Assembly: GCA_001642005.1 (NCBI GenBank)
Contig: LWCA01000098.1
Location: forward strand, 1 to 55,780
DNA: 55,780 nt
Source: Intoshia linei
Lineage: Eukaryota > Animalia > Orthonectida
Direction of reading: 5' to 3'
The notes beneath the pieces were generated by a model. The model worked only from the letters and a program-made list of their open reading frames with translations. It was not told the DNA's origin and did not search any database. The position numbers were made by a program, and so were the translations under genes. Below, piece by piece: positions 25,550 through 40,046 of this stretch (position 1 is its first letter; every line of letters starts with the position of its first letter).

Positions 25550-25721
25550 TGAAACAATTTGGGAACCACTCCTTTAAATTATAGGTAATAGTGAATACAT
25601 ATGTAGTAGCATTTTTAAGTTTATATTTTATTGAATTTATTTTTTTAGTAGAAATAAAAAAGTTCACTCTCGGCAGAGTTAGCTTCTGCTTCAGTACAAA
25701 ATACATAACACTGAAGCTATT
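25550..25721 (+). mobile_element. Helitron-like 3' end fragment
   Basis: Shares GGGAACCACT..GGTAATAGTGAATA..CTCGGCAGAG with 41290-41437. Hairpin GCTTCAGT..ACTGAAGC near the end. Confidence 0.55.
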
Positions 25722-25854
25722 AAAGTATATAAATATCTGGAAAAACTGGTATACAACTGAGTCGTACAAATACAATTTCTTCTCCGCAAAAAATCATAAT
25801 TTGCTATGAATATGTGTGTTGACCCTTGGTCATAAATGTTATACATTTAATAAT

Positions 25855-28294
25855 TTATTCATTTGGATATAAAGTGGATATGGAATAATTTTCAACATTA
25901 CAAATGTATGCAACATCAATATACTTTGATGGGAAAATGCCTACTTCAACAATACCTAATGAATTCAATTAATAAGGGATATAACACAAATACCGGGTAT
26001 GATTTGTAAATCAGATTCAGTAAATTTCCAATCGTAATCATGTTTAAATTTCCAATCCAGTATAAAATTTCCATTGTCAGTTATGACAGGGCCCTTTAAA
26101 ACTTTAAGTAACTTAAAATTAACAGAAAACATAATTACCTGTTTTTTTACACCCATTCGTAAGTTACATGTATCAAAGTATTCAGTTTCAAAGATTTTTG
26201 TAATTAAACGGTGTGAAGAAGGTATTATTTCAATTGGAATACCATCAAAATAATTATCTCCCAATTTCTTAGATAATTTTCGAGAATCTGCCATTATGGC
26301 CACGCGATGAGAAGTGTATGCTACAATTTTTTCCAAAGTTAAACAACCTCCTCCACCTTTTATAGCATTCAATTTTTCATCAATTTCATCTGCACCATCT
26401 ATGACCAAATCAATATCCTAAAGAATTATTAATACAAGCTATACTAGAGTTGTGGACAAAAAAAGTGAAAGTTTGAAATAACGTATAAGCTTTATAGTTT
26501 TAAACTTCCTTATAATAAGATTTAATTTTTTTGGATAAATGCTTATAATAAAAAAAGCATCCACGTGCAAAATGGGTATTTCTAATAAAAAAAAGTGGTC
26601 ACCTAATGATGAAATGATATTTTGGTCTTCACCATATTATTGTAATATAAATACATTATTATATTCAATAGTACATTAAAAAATGTTTTTTTTGGGATAA
26701 AAATGCTTAAAATCAAAAAAAGCATCCACGTCCAAATTGACGTCTCGATTTTCTAATAAAAAATTGGCAAAAGTTGGCAATTTACCTAATAAATTTTTAC
26801 CGGTATATTTTTTTAAATATCATAACCAATCTAATCTCTATAATTTATTTAAACATACATATATTTACATTATTTTTTGAAATAAAATTTTATTAATATC
26901 AATGCATTAACAACATCTGTGGATATTATTGATCGACCTTAGTAATTATATTCTCGGTAGCAAAAAATAACCCCTCTGACTCACATCATTAGGTTTAATA
27001 CTTGTCAGTGGATATTCTTGTTAACATTAACGGTTCTCATTACTTTTCTTTCGATCATTACAATCCACCTATTAATGTTTTTAATATTTTTTGTGTGTGT
27101 TATCTGGATATTACTGTATTAACTGTAATTCCTTTTAAAAATCCAGGTCTATTTCATTTTCTAAAAAAAGAGTAATCTGTAATATTGATCTTAAAAATGC
27201 AATTTTTTGAGTTTGCGATGTCATGTGTTCATGTTTACTAAAAAAGATAATTTGTTGTTTTGTTCGTGAAAATATATAAGATTTTGAAATTAAAAATTTA
27301 TCATAATAGTGATTATTTAAAAATCTTTATCAGATTGTGTATTTTTTATAATTCTAGAACTCGTTTGAATTCAATAAAGAGTTTTTGACCTTGAAAAACT
27401 CAATTTCTGAAAATGAAATTTGCGATAAAACATCACCCTTGAAAAATTGGTATTCTTAAAACTCTATACCTCTTACTTTCTTAAACAAACTGGCACAAAC
27501 AAATCAATAAACAGACATACATTTTTTACTAACTTTTGTAAATTACTTTATATAATTAATGAATCCTTACTAAAGATCTACCGTTATAAATTTAAAAAAA
27601 AATGTACCGGTAAATTGTTATCGATTGTCAAATCTAGTGGATGCCCTATTCATCATACATCAAACGTTCTTTACTAAATTTACATTCACCAAATAAAAGT
27701 ATTTTTTTATTATTATAACGATTTTATATTTAATCTTTATTTATATAAAGGTACGCCCCAAATTTTTATGTTTTTTATAGTATATATTTGGGTGTTCTAT
27801 TTAAATTTGAACAATTGCTGTATTATAGTTCACTGATCACATTAAGGTTACATATCTGAATAATTAATAATTACATTGATACAGTTTTGTAAGTCTAGAT
27901 AATTTTGAGATAAGCCAATTTCACAAATCAACAATTGAGCCTATATATAAAGGTATCATTTTTACTTGATATCATTTAAGATACCTGATATGATGTAGCA
28001 GTTAGATATATCTTCCAATTTTTATTTTTTTTTATGTAATCGCCTGGTATAATAAAGGTATTAACATTGACGTAAATGTTAATTTTTAAAGTTGATTACC
28101 TATAAACTTTGCTGCGTGTATAGCTGTGGATCCACTACCAAGTGCAACAATATAAATCTAAATTAAAATTGTGAGCCATTATGCCTGGAAAATGATTTTA
28201 CTTTGTTCATATCTATTAGTAATTTGTCCAATTCTGTTTTGACGGTATATTCTGCTACCCTTATTTTAGCTTGATTAACATTAAATTCCGACAT
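25855..28294 (-). CDS. RPIA: Ribose-5-phosphate isomerase A
   Basis: Spliced exons give VALGSGST, TSYQ|AQLLI, DIDLVIDGADEID..AIKGGGGCLTLEKIVA, GPVITDNGNFILDW and IPGIVEVGIF. Start at 28294 or the in-frame upstream ATG 28357. Confidence 0.95.
26524..26768. repeat. Two imperfect ~75-bp direct repeats in RPIA intron
   Basis: ggataaatgctta..aaaagcatccacgt..tttctaataaaaaa occurs at ~26524-26598 and ~26688-26768. Confidence 0.6.
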
Positions 28295-28909
28295 CAAAAT
28301 CAAAATAAATACAAGAACGAAATGATTAAATATTACATAAACTATATATTTTGCCATATAAAGTTCATTAGCTACATAACCACATAACCAACTTCATTCT
28401 TTGTATATATTATATATACATTTAAATACAATGTACATTTTACGTTACAGTTAAAAAAATTAAGTGCTGAAAGATTAAATTTAGAAAAATGAGGTAAACC
28501 AAACTCAGAGTGGTTCTAGGTACGGTAGCTTCGACACTGGTCGTAAACAATTGAGTTTTATTTGATAATAAACTATTAAAAAAATATTTGTCAAAACTAC
28601 AAATTGAACTTTGCAATGAAAAGTTTGCATTGTAAAATATAAATTTAAGTTTCTACTGAATTTAATTGTTCAAAATTGCGTTTGATTTTAATATAAAATT
28701 GATGATAAATGAGAATTAAAAAGATTAAACGTGCACAGATCCATAATACTAGCCAACTAAACATTTCACTACGTATAAATATAGTGTCAAAATTTAGAAA
28801 TAGGAAGATTTATTTCAATAAAGTTATACTGATATTGATTGTAGTTATACAATTGTATTTTTAATAAATAAAGTTTATAATATATTTTTTTTGTCGCTCA
28901 AAATTGAAA

Positions 28910-30529
28910 ATGTCCACAGTAATTTATTATTATACTGAATTAAAATATTTTCAAGATATCAGCACCGTTTAACCCAAGACCGTTTCTAAATAAACTGACC
29001 GGAAAATGTATTGTTGTAAAATTGAAATGGGGCGACATGGAATATAAAGGATATCTAGTTTCATTTGATGTTTACATGAACATTCAGGTATATATTTTAG
29101 ATTTAATTACTTGTATAATATACATTCATATTTAATTATCATATTTTAATGATAATTAGCTTACATTCATAAATTCCTTTTCGTTTTATTTGAAATTTTT
29201 ATCATCCTTTTTATGATAAATAAAAAGTAAATTGGAAACGACGGATTTTACAGGATAAAATAGAAAATATGTATATCCGAAATAAATAGATTTTATGATG
29301 TCAGACTATATTTGAATTAAGAAATCATCATAATTTCTATTAACTGATTGACAATTAAGAACCCATATTTTATCAAAAAAGGTGTTGATTCAAAGTTGTT
29401 ATCCACTACAATTCAATAGGTGTAAAGTCTCCGTTATGTTTGAATCCATTATTTCAATCAAGTTGACACATTAATAGCAGTTTTCCATCTAAGATTTAAC
29501 GGCAGCCATTCTCAACGGGGTCCACATCACTTTTTTGGGAGTCCAGGAAAATTTACATTTATTACATATTATAGATATTTTCAGTAACATAAAGTCGTTT
29601 TTAAAAGGTAAAGGCTCAGAAATAATAATATAAAACATGTAAATCATGTAAAAGTAAATTCTTTTGTATTAAATTAAATTACTTACACTTATAAAAACTT
29701 ATTGGGAAACCTCCATTGTTCTATTTTAGGAGCAGCGGTTTTATTTAATTATTTTATTAAAATTTATGACTGAGCCAAGTTTCTAGTCATAAAAAAAGGC
29801 TTTAAATTTCAAATTGAAAATGGGACAAAAAATCAGTCAATATTCATGATTTTATGAAACATCAACCAAGGGATATAAAATATGAATTTTTTATAGGGAA
29901 GATAGATAATATAGACTTTTTATTGATCTGATAAAATATGTAGGAAACAATTAATGATGCACTGTAAATAATACTTGAAAAAAATGTTCCATTTTGGGAA
30001 TATTGACGGGTTAAAGGTTAATATTAATAGTTTATCATTTCGCAAAAATAGAGTATTCCATGTCGTTTGACCATCATTCGTTTCACCCATATGTAATGAT
30101 TTATTAAAAATTTTCATTATTATTAATTTTTTTGGGGATTCACAGGTTTTTTGTAATATTATTTTACGATCGACAGCGAAAAAGGGTTGAGAATGCCTGT
30201 TCTACAGCACCTCATAAAATTAGAGGACGACTAAGTCAGGAAGATTTAATTAACATTTAATTTTTGCTAAAACTACACAAATTGATCATAATCATTAATA
30301 ATTATTATAATCATTAAATTAATATTTAGTTATCAAATACTGAAGAATATATTAATGGAACATTAACTGGAAATTTAGGAGAAATTTTGATACGGTTATT
30401 TATATTATTATAATTAAAATTAACATAAACTATTTTTATGTAAAATATTTGTATTATTTCTTTAGTTGTAACAATGTATTACGAATTCAACCTTCCGATG
30501 ATGACGAAGAAGGTGAAATGAGAGATTGA
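28910..30529 (+). CDS. SNRPF: Small nuclear ribonucleoprotein Sm F
   Basis: MST|[44 protein letters not shown]|[22 protein letters not shown]|[20 protein letters not shown]. Confidence 0.96.
29503..30199. mobile_element. hAT MITE in SmF intron
   Basis: TIRs CAGCCATTCTCAAC / GGGTTGAGAATGCCTG; related to 32002-32570. Confidence 0.7.
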
Positions 30530-30688
30530 GGGATTATATAATTTATTTTTATTGTATGTAAATTATTAAAATTTAATTATTGATATTGTAATGCATTTAT
30601 CACGATGGGTAAATTTTTTTAGTTCTCATAAGTAGCGTTAAAAAAAATTTGTCGACTGCTAGATATAATTTCACAAAGATATAAAACA

Positions 30689-33600
30689 TTAATTTTTATT
30701 AGTATCATTAAATTTCAAAAAATTATCAATTCTTTCAACAAGGTTTAACTGATTAGTCTGGTTGATATTTATATATTGTAAATCAAAATTATTGCATTCG
30801 TTATTTTGATATTTATCATCTGAATTAACTAAATTTAGAGATTTTTGTAACGTTTTTAAAGATTTTTGAATATTCAATTCTATACAGTCCAATTTATTCT
30901 AATAAAATTGATTATGTATAAATAATATATTACATCTGATTCAACTTTTTTCAAATTAAATTCATTCATAATTTCTTTAAAGTCTTTATACTTAAAACAG
31001 TCAAAATGATTCATTTGTGGAAGTTTTTCCTTTGTAATTTTATTATTGTGATATCTTTCTGATTCGTTCTAATAATATGTTTAATAATTCTTGTATACCA
31101 ATAAAGGAACGTTAATTATAAGTATAGTTGTACCTTATAATAGTTAAATTCTTGTTCCATATAAGATTTTTTATTTATTTCTAAATTCAATTCTCCTATT
31201 TTTTTATCAAATTTATCAATTTCGTCTTGTTTATATGCAATTTCAGTTTCATATTTAAAAACCTAGAAATTTTTAAAATATTAATAGGTTTGAATATAAT
31301 TCACATCCTATTAATATTTCTAGAGAATTTGACCAATTAATATAAATAACATTTTACAGTAAGAAATTCATTTTATAACAATATATTAATCATGAAACCT
31401 GTTTTGTTAACTCAGTAATTTTTTCATTTTTCATTTGAATTTTTTCCTTTGATATTTTTTCATTATTTTTATAATTTTTGCAATCAATTTCAAAATTTTT
31501 TAATTGCTAAAAGTTTAAAAAATGAAAATAAATTAAATTGACTTGTATACTTTTATTTTCTTAGTGGCATTTTTTAATTTGTTTTCATATTTTTCACAAT
31601 ATTCTTTACTATAATTTTAAAATCAAAATTAATGTAGTTTCGTTTTTTCAATGTAATGGAGATGTATCTAATTTTCATATTCATAAACATGAAATAAAAT
31701 CTCAATGTTTGTAATGTTGGAAGAATTGGTGTGTATGATAGATATCATGATAGTCAATGGCGTGGAGAGGGAACTAGTGCCCGATCATCCGAGGCCTACT
31801 ATTGTAAATTTATAGATGATGTTAGGAAAATATTACGTACGGCGAGGTAAAATTTTTTCTCCAGAAGGTAAAAAAAAGTTAAACAATGAATCACAATAAA
31901 CAAAATGTTCAATAATACATGCTAATTTTACAATTAAGAAAATATTCAAAGTAGATATTTCATTAATTTCCTACTATTATTTTTTTTCTAGCAGGTTAGA
32001 GCAACCATTCTCAAAATTTAATATCCATATCAGTTTTTGGAGTCCATGAAAAATTTTATATAAGTAAAGCATTGAATGTCTGTGAATTAGAATTCTGCAA
32101 CACGATCCGAAATTCGTGTTTAGATCGTGTTGAAATGTATCGTTTTGTTCGTACAAATCACCTCAACATGAACCGATGCAGAACTCTACCGTAAATGTTA
32201 CCGAATATTTAAAAAATCAAAATTAAAACGTCCATCATAATTTTTTGGCATTGCTATTTATAATAATGCTCATGATTTGAAAAACTATCATAGAATTTAT
32301 GTTTTATAAAAATTTAGGACTTTTTTAGTTATTAAAAAAAGTTAATTTAGGGTTTTGAACATCAAGAACTCAATTTCGGAAAATAAAATTTTCAATGATG
32401 CATCACTCCTGAAAAATTGTATTAGCAAGTGGAGTTTTTAAATAAACGGTAACAATAGTAAGTAGTAACTGTAGTAAAGTAATGGATGTAATATTTATAT
32501 TCTTTTTAGGTCCATATGTTTTTTGCAATACCACCATAGGGACACAGTGAAAAAGGGTTGAGAATGCCTGGAGTAGAGGAACTAATTTTTTTGTATATAG
32601 AGCTACAATTATCTTGTAGTTCGGGTTCAGTGTCGATTCTTCAGTGTCCTGATTACAATAAAAATGTTAATGTAGCATTAACATAATATTTAAAATAATA
32701 AAATACACATTACTTGTGAATCGTTTCTTTTTCTGGAAACATTGTGTAGAGTTTTGATATTAAAGGTTTAATCTAAAATTAAAAATACGATTAAATTAAC
32801 AAATGAAATTTTCATTAACCTAGTGTTTTATTATACAGTAGAGGCCGCTTATAGTAATCAAAACTAAAAATTCAGTACATGTTGATCAAAATTTGTGAAA
32901 TTTAAAATTGAAAAATTGAATTTTACCAACCAAAATCAAAATTAAATTTATAAACAAAAAAGATCAATCATAAATTTACAATTGTTTGTATACAAGGCCC
33001 TAGTAACTAGGGGGTAAACTATATTAAAGTACGATTAGAACGAAAATAAAACCAGTAATATTAAAAGATAACATTTTTTTAATCGCTGTTATAATAATAT
33101 AATAAACATATTTACTATTTTGTACTAATTTATCTTCTCTAAAAATATTTTTATACTGTTAGGGGGGTCGACAATATATATTTTTAGGAACCAATGCTTT
33201 AAAGCACATTTTTTTAAGCGAGGGCTATCAGAAAAATTATTATCAAAATGAAATTATATTTTCAAATTGGAATATAATTTATTTTTTACTTTGTCGATAA
33301 AATAAGTGGATTATTTAAATTTAAGTGAATTTAAATCTTATCCAATACAGCTTCTATGTTCATTTTTACCATTTATTGATGTTATTGATTATGTTCGATA
33401 TTAATAGGGGGGTTTTTAAAAATTTCAATAAAATATGATTGTTACGTTAAATTTTAAGGTATCATTTTTTATTTTTTACAGGGGTACTAGAAATAATTGA
33501 TCTGGCTAACGAGGGTGCTAAATTTACAAAAATTGAAGAAATATTTTTAGAGAAAAATTCTTTCAAAACAGATCATAATAAATTATTGTAATGTAAATCA

Positions 33601-36600
33601 ATGTTAGTTTAAATTTTTTTCGATTGCCACCCTAATATTTAACAATAATAAGAATAGTATTAGGTAAATTGAATAAACATTACGTGTGATATTTTGTCAA
33701 GTAATAAATCCATAGTTGTTAAAATTTTATGCTTAAATTCTGTTAGATCAGTTGCATCCATTTTCTTATTCTAAATAAAACATAATATTATACTATCAAG
33801 TCATTAGATATTAAAAATAGTTAATAGTAAACGTAAAAATCGAACTGTTCCTCTAAAACTGATTTTACAGATTTGGTGATTGATCCTATCTAAATTATAA
33901 TGTATAATATTACTTTATTGTTTTGTATAATTATAAAATGAATGTAAAAAAAATAAATATACTTGATCATTAGATATTGTTTTAATTGAATCCATCTATT
34001 AAAATATAAATAAATACAGATATATTACATATGAATATGTTATCTACATATCCACATTAAATAACGTTAAAGTTACATAAATATATCAATACATTGACGC
34101 AACAACACAAACTATCATTGAATTTTAAAAGTACTTTGAATGAACTACGAGTAAGGTAGTTTCAACTCATACGGTATACTAGTCATAATTAAAATTACCT
34201 TTTCAATTAATTTGTCATTTTGACTTTTTAAATATTTATTATCCTGTAGTAGTTTATTTACAAAAGTTTCATTTTGATGAACAGTGTAATCCAATTCCTT
34301 TATTTTCAATTTTGCATCTTTAAGTTCATTAATTTTGCCGTTCAATTTCATGTTAATTTCTCTATTATTCATTAAAAGTAAATCTATCTCTTTATAATTG
34401 TCTTCGTCATTGTTAAATTTTAATTTGTCTTCATTATTTTCAAAGCTAACATGACTTGAAATTTGTTTATCGGCTAAAATAAGTTTGCATAAATATGATT
34501 CAAATAGATAAATACACATATCTTTTGGTTTTAGGTAATCCAATGATTTATTCGAAATTTTGGTTGTAAGTTCACTAAAATATCGTTTATTATTAATTAA
34601 TTACATTTCACCTGCAAAGTGAACTATCGGATCCATTCTAAAAGTAATAATAACTTTGTATGAATTTTTCTTAATAATTTAATAAATTATAAATACATCA
34701 TTATTATCGTTTGATAAAACTTCTTCATCAATTGTGTGAATCTTTAGATTTGTATTATTTACATTATGGATATTATCATTTAATTTGTCAAAAGTGTATT
34801 CAGTGGTTTCAGGGTAATACTACAATATTATATACAAGTTATTAAGTATTATCAACATCAATAACAGTATCCGTTTTATTTTTATTCATTTCCATCATAT
34901 TGGATTCTTGTGTTACAACAGAATCCCAATCGCTCTGTTTTGACTATATTTTTGGTTATATTTGATAATTATATAATATACTCGAGGTGACATTGGATTC
35001 GAATTTTCTGATAAACATTCTTAAATAAAATTTAATTTACATCTTAATTAAGTTTTTGATTTTAATTTCGCTTACCTTTAATTTCTTCTTCATTATGTCT
35101 TTCATTTTCAATGTCATTATCGCTATTTACCATTATACTGGGTAAGCCACTACCTAATTCCTTAAAATTTATGTCTTCATCGTCATCCCATTCATCAGAA
35201 ACAATTTCTATTAATATCAATTACATTTTCAATAAATATATACATTCATTTCATCGAATTAGGCCCTAGTTATCAGAGCATTTAATTTAAAATTAAATTT
35301 TTTGGTAGCGCAAGAGTGTATATCAAATGTGGTATGTTAATTTTGAAATTATACAATGTATGTATTGAAATATAATTTTTTGGTGCTTTTTAATAAAAAA
35401 ATTGTTCGTCTTTGTGATAGAAAATAAATAACATTTTTAGCAACTTTTTCAATTGAATTAACAATATTTATTGAACATACCTTATATTATATATTTATTC
35501 TTATATTTATTTCAATGCTACGCAAGTTAATCTTCTTTACTCATGGAATCTACTTCTTGAACAATGTATAAAGTTTTTGATATTATATTTAATTTTGAAG
35601 GTATAATTTTTTTAAATGTCTTAAAAATAATTGTTTTCATTAAATTTAATCTCTTTAGAGATTTTATCAAACTTAAAATTGCTTTTATATTTTTTAAATT
35701 TACATCTGTTAGCGGTCCTCACTGTGTACGTATTATGACATTGTACAACGAAATTAAAAATTTTGATTATAAATTAAATACAAATATTTTCAAAGATAAA
35801 AATTAACAGTTTCAAACTTTTTCAGGTGATATCGCCTATAATATATGTCTTATAATAAATAATAGTTATAATTGTAAAAGTTATAATATTTTTGGTTATG
35901 TTTTGATTAGTTATTAATGAGTAAAATTTTATGAAACGTTGACACATGCAATATATCAGTCATATGAGGGACTTTGAATTTAGGGATATTGTAAGTTATT
36001 CCATGTTTTATATTAAAAATTTTTATAACCACCGATTACAACTGTGTATTTTAATTATGAGAACCTGTTGACTTCATATCATATTCAATATCAGATGATT
36101 GTACAGCATATTCTTTAGGAACATCAAGAATTGTATCTATATTACAATAATACAAATAAATATCTTTAGATTGGCGCCCTTTTAACATTTTTATACATGA
36201 GACGTTACAAAGTTTCATCCAATAATTCTCTACCACACCAATTAATAAAATTTATTCAATCAAATTTACCATTTTTAACTGTTGTATATTTTTTTTATCG
36301 TTCCCATCAACTATTTAAATTTAAATAAAATCGATTTTTTCAATAAATACTGTATTGTGACTTATTTGCTCTATAATTTCATATAAAGGTCCCCATTACC
36401 GGTCAATCCATGATATAATTAGAAATTACAAATCTTTATCTACCATAATCAAGGGTGGTCCAGTTGCTGTAACTAGCAAATGTTTTAATAGAATAGTAAA
36501 TAGGATTTTTATTTTGGGGTTGGATTAAAAGGTGTAATCTCAGAAGTTTTTTTGTTAAAAAGAAGGAGATTTTTACACAAAGGGCTTTAAATGTTATTTT

Positions 36601-39274
36601 TTATTAAATTTTATTAATACTGGGAGAAAAGTTGGATTTTTAAAATAATAATTTAGCGGTCGTCTAGGATTTGTGGAAAAATCCAAAAATCTGGAAACTC
36701 TGCAATAATCTATTATACAAAAATGTAGTAATTTTTTAATTTTGCTGGTAATAAAATCAGAAATACTAGTAACACCTTTGATCATAATCCTTTACTAAAA
36801 TAAATTATTAATATAAAAATGAATGTCAGTGTGTATGTTACTGTTTATTTATAACATTTTTAAAAAATTTAAAAAAACCCAATTTCTAATACAGTTTTTC
36901 CCAAGTCATGTTTTTATGTAAGTTTAATTTTCAGACATTGAGTCCTTCAGTGTCAAAAATCCGATTTGCTTTTTTGTAAAATAAAACATAGATTCTGTAT
37001 CTTCCATCGTTCCAATTTTATTAGAATACGATCTAATTATATATTGCGAAAAGAATTATGAGATGAACTCATTGATTTAAAGCCTGATAATTACGTTTAT
37101 ATAAATGATTATACCATTATACACTAAATCTGGTGATAACGGTCTACATCCATGTTTCATTAAAATTTTTAAGATATCTTTTTGATTCGATTTCGCTGCG
37201 ACGTGAAGTGCTGTTTCATTTTTATCATTTCTCATATTCATATCAATATGCATACTGGTTAGAAAGGTTACAATATTTTCTTTTTGTCGGTAAACAGCTT
37301 CATGTAGTAAAGTATTATTATTCTAATTAATAAAATTATTAATTTATAATAAATAATTTCACTAAATATACTTGATATTAAAATACTACACAGATGACAA
37401 TGTGATAGACGGTAGAATGGACCAAAACGTTTATTAGGACGTTTTAAATGTTTTTTTAAAAAGACATTTAAGAATGGAGTATGTCTGATAAATATATATT
37501 ACTGTCAGATTCGACTTCCTGTCACAAGGCCCCGAAGTGTCATAGTTTTTTTATTCATAAGGTATATTCGTGCTTAATTCGCCTGACATGAATCCAATAT
37601 AAAACATTTGGGCGCAATTGAAGAAAGATGTTAACGAAATTAAGATTAAAACAAAAACGGAACTAATGAACGTCTGAACCATGTCTGGAACTAGTCACCT
37701 AAAATTCAATATCTTACCAAAAATTTTTATTATTCAATGACACGCCGAATAAATGGTCTAATTCCATCTAAAGGAGGTCTAAATATTAGCAAACTGTAAT
37801 TAAAGTTAAATTTAATCAAATTTAATTAATTTAGTATATTTTATAAGTGCAAATTGTGTATTTCTATACAATTATAAATGTCATAATAATTGTTTTATTA
37901 TGGGTGAATGCTCAAAAAAATTTGAGAAGCACTGATCTACACGGTATATTATTTAAAAAAACCTCTAATTTATGATTAATTCCCAAGGATCCACTAGTTA
38001 ACAAAAGTTCCAACATATCTATATTGCCCAAATTTATACTCATTGTAATGGGAATAAGGCTTTGTTTATTTTTGATGGTATCGTCCGCATGATGTTTTAA
38101 TAATAGTTCAGCAATGTCTTTATTATTGCATACTACAGACTAAAAAAGGTATAATTATAATTTTAAAATAAAATTACATCCATGAGTGGTGTATTTTCTT
38201 CACAATCACGTAGATTTACACTTGCCTTATGTTTCATTAAAATTTCCGCGATTTTAATATTATTTTCCATTGCAGCCAAATGTAAGCAGGTCCTATAACA
38301 TTATTTAAATTAATTGTTTATTTAAAATGTTTTTAAAACTTTCCAACCAATAATATCGGTTCAGTTTGGTAACATTATGTGGGGATTTTAATGATGATAT
38401 GTTTTTCACTAATTATAATTTTAATAATTTTGTTCAATTATTTGACATTAAACCAAATAGATGTTCCCAGTTGTGAAACACCCCTGTTAGTATAGACTGC
38501 CCTCTTAGAGCGATTTTTCTATTTTATTTCACAAAATACATTAACTTAAAAAATTTTTTATTATTATATAATATATATATAATATATTAATCTTTAATAA
38601 AAGTTAATAAATTATAAATTTGTTAAAATCATAACATTAATACAATTTTCTAATAGTTAATTTATTAATAGTCCATGAGTGTAATAATAATCGATATTTA
38701 ATAGTATTCTAAAATATAAAATTTAAAAAATAATGCTAATAAAAACAATATATTAAATATCAAATTACTAAATTATAATTATAAATTATTTTAATACTCC
38801 GCTAATATCTAAAAAAACATACCAAAATATTACAATTTTTGTAAGATAATTATTAGTTCTACGGGTCAATTTTTTAAAAAAGTCAGTAAAAGTACAACTT
38901 GAATATGAATTATGGAAGGGCGATTATAAAAAAGGTTGAGAATTCCTACCTTTAATTCCTACACTGGCAGAAATTATGCCTACCCAAATTAACATACATC
39001 AAATATAATTGATAATTATAAATTATTAAAATACATAATTATTTTTAAATTATAACCTTTTATATTTATCCAATGTATTGATATCATGCTTTTCAAGTAA
39101 TTGTTCAAATTTAGTTGTTTCTTTATGTTGTATTGCTTGGTGTAATTTTGGAAGATTTTTGTAATTTATCATTAAATGTGAATTACTTTTCAGAGATGTG
39201 TTGGAGCCGAATTTTGATGAATTTTGGGTATCATTATTTTTTGTTTTTTTTATTATTTTATTTAAAAATTTCAT
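30689..39274 (-). CDS. Ankyrin-repeat plus coiled-coil protein, ANKRD26/POTE-like (many exons; internal model approximate)
   Basis: MKFLNKIIKK..LPKLHQAI..INTLDKYKR|TCLHLAAMEN..IAEILMKHKASVNLRDCEENTPLM ankyrin repeats, then acidic segments (DEWDDED, SDWDS) and coiled-coil exons (34145-34543, 30689-31600), all on the minus strand. Confidence 0.75.
32002..32570. mobile_element. hAT MITE (composite) in ankyrin-gene intron
   Basis: CAACCATTCTCAA ... GGGTTGAGAATGCCTG; TSD ggttagag/gagtagag. Confidence 0.7.
37403..37790 (+). mobile_element. Tc1/mariner transposase remnant
   Basis: Decayed motifs VIDGRMDQNVY*DVL, SDSTSCHKA, NSPDMNPI*NIWAQLKK and SMTRRINGLIPSKGG. Confidence 0.85.
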
Positions 39275-40046
39275 ATCAGGAGTATTGAATATCAAAAATG
39301 AAGTGTATGCTACAATAATTAAATAATAATTAAATATTATTAATATATACAGTAATTAATTACTTATTCAATAATTTATTAATTGTTTTGAAACCCAATT
39401 TAATAGATTTATGTGCTCAAGATTTGCTTATACGTTACCAGAAATGTATTAAGTTTCGTTGCTATTTTAAAAAAAATTAAACAAGTAGTTGTCTAGTAAA
39501 ATATTATTATCCTTCTCTTGCAATATTACTATACATTGTAAAAACTACATGTATAAAAGATGTATCGTTATATGTAAAGTTGTTTCAATATAATATACTT
39601 AAAAAAGCATACAGGCATGATCAATCAGCTGTCCTTTCAAAATTAGTATCCCTGAACATACCCAATATTGATATATATTATAAGATTTTCGATGTCAATC
39701 TTCCCTTTTTGATAGTTCACTAATTATAATTATCACACATTGAAAAATTTATTTTTGCTCAAATAATTTTTTTGAAATAAATATTTATAGAAACACGAAA
39801 AATGTCTCCAACGCACATTAAATAATCAACTCTAATTATAAAATTAAAATACGTTTTTCAAATCAATATATAAAACTACATTTAATTGTAAATTTGAAAT
39901 TTTATAATGTTTATTGCTAATTTGATAATATGGTTTGTATACAATAATCACAATTATGAAATAACAGTGATAAAACTATTAAACATTCGCTACACATCAA
40001 CAAAAGAATCCATAACGTCATAACAATTTTGAAACAAAATAACGAA

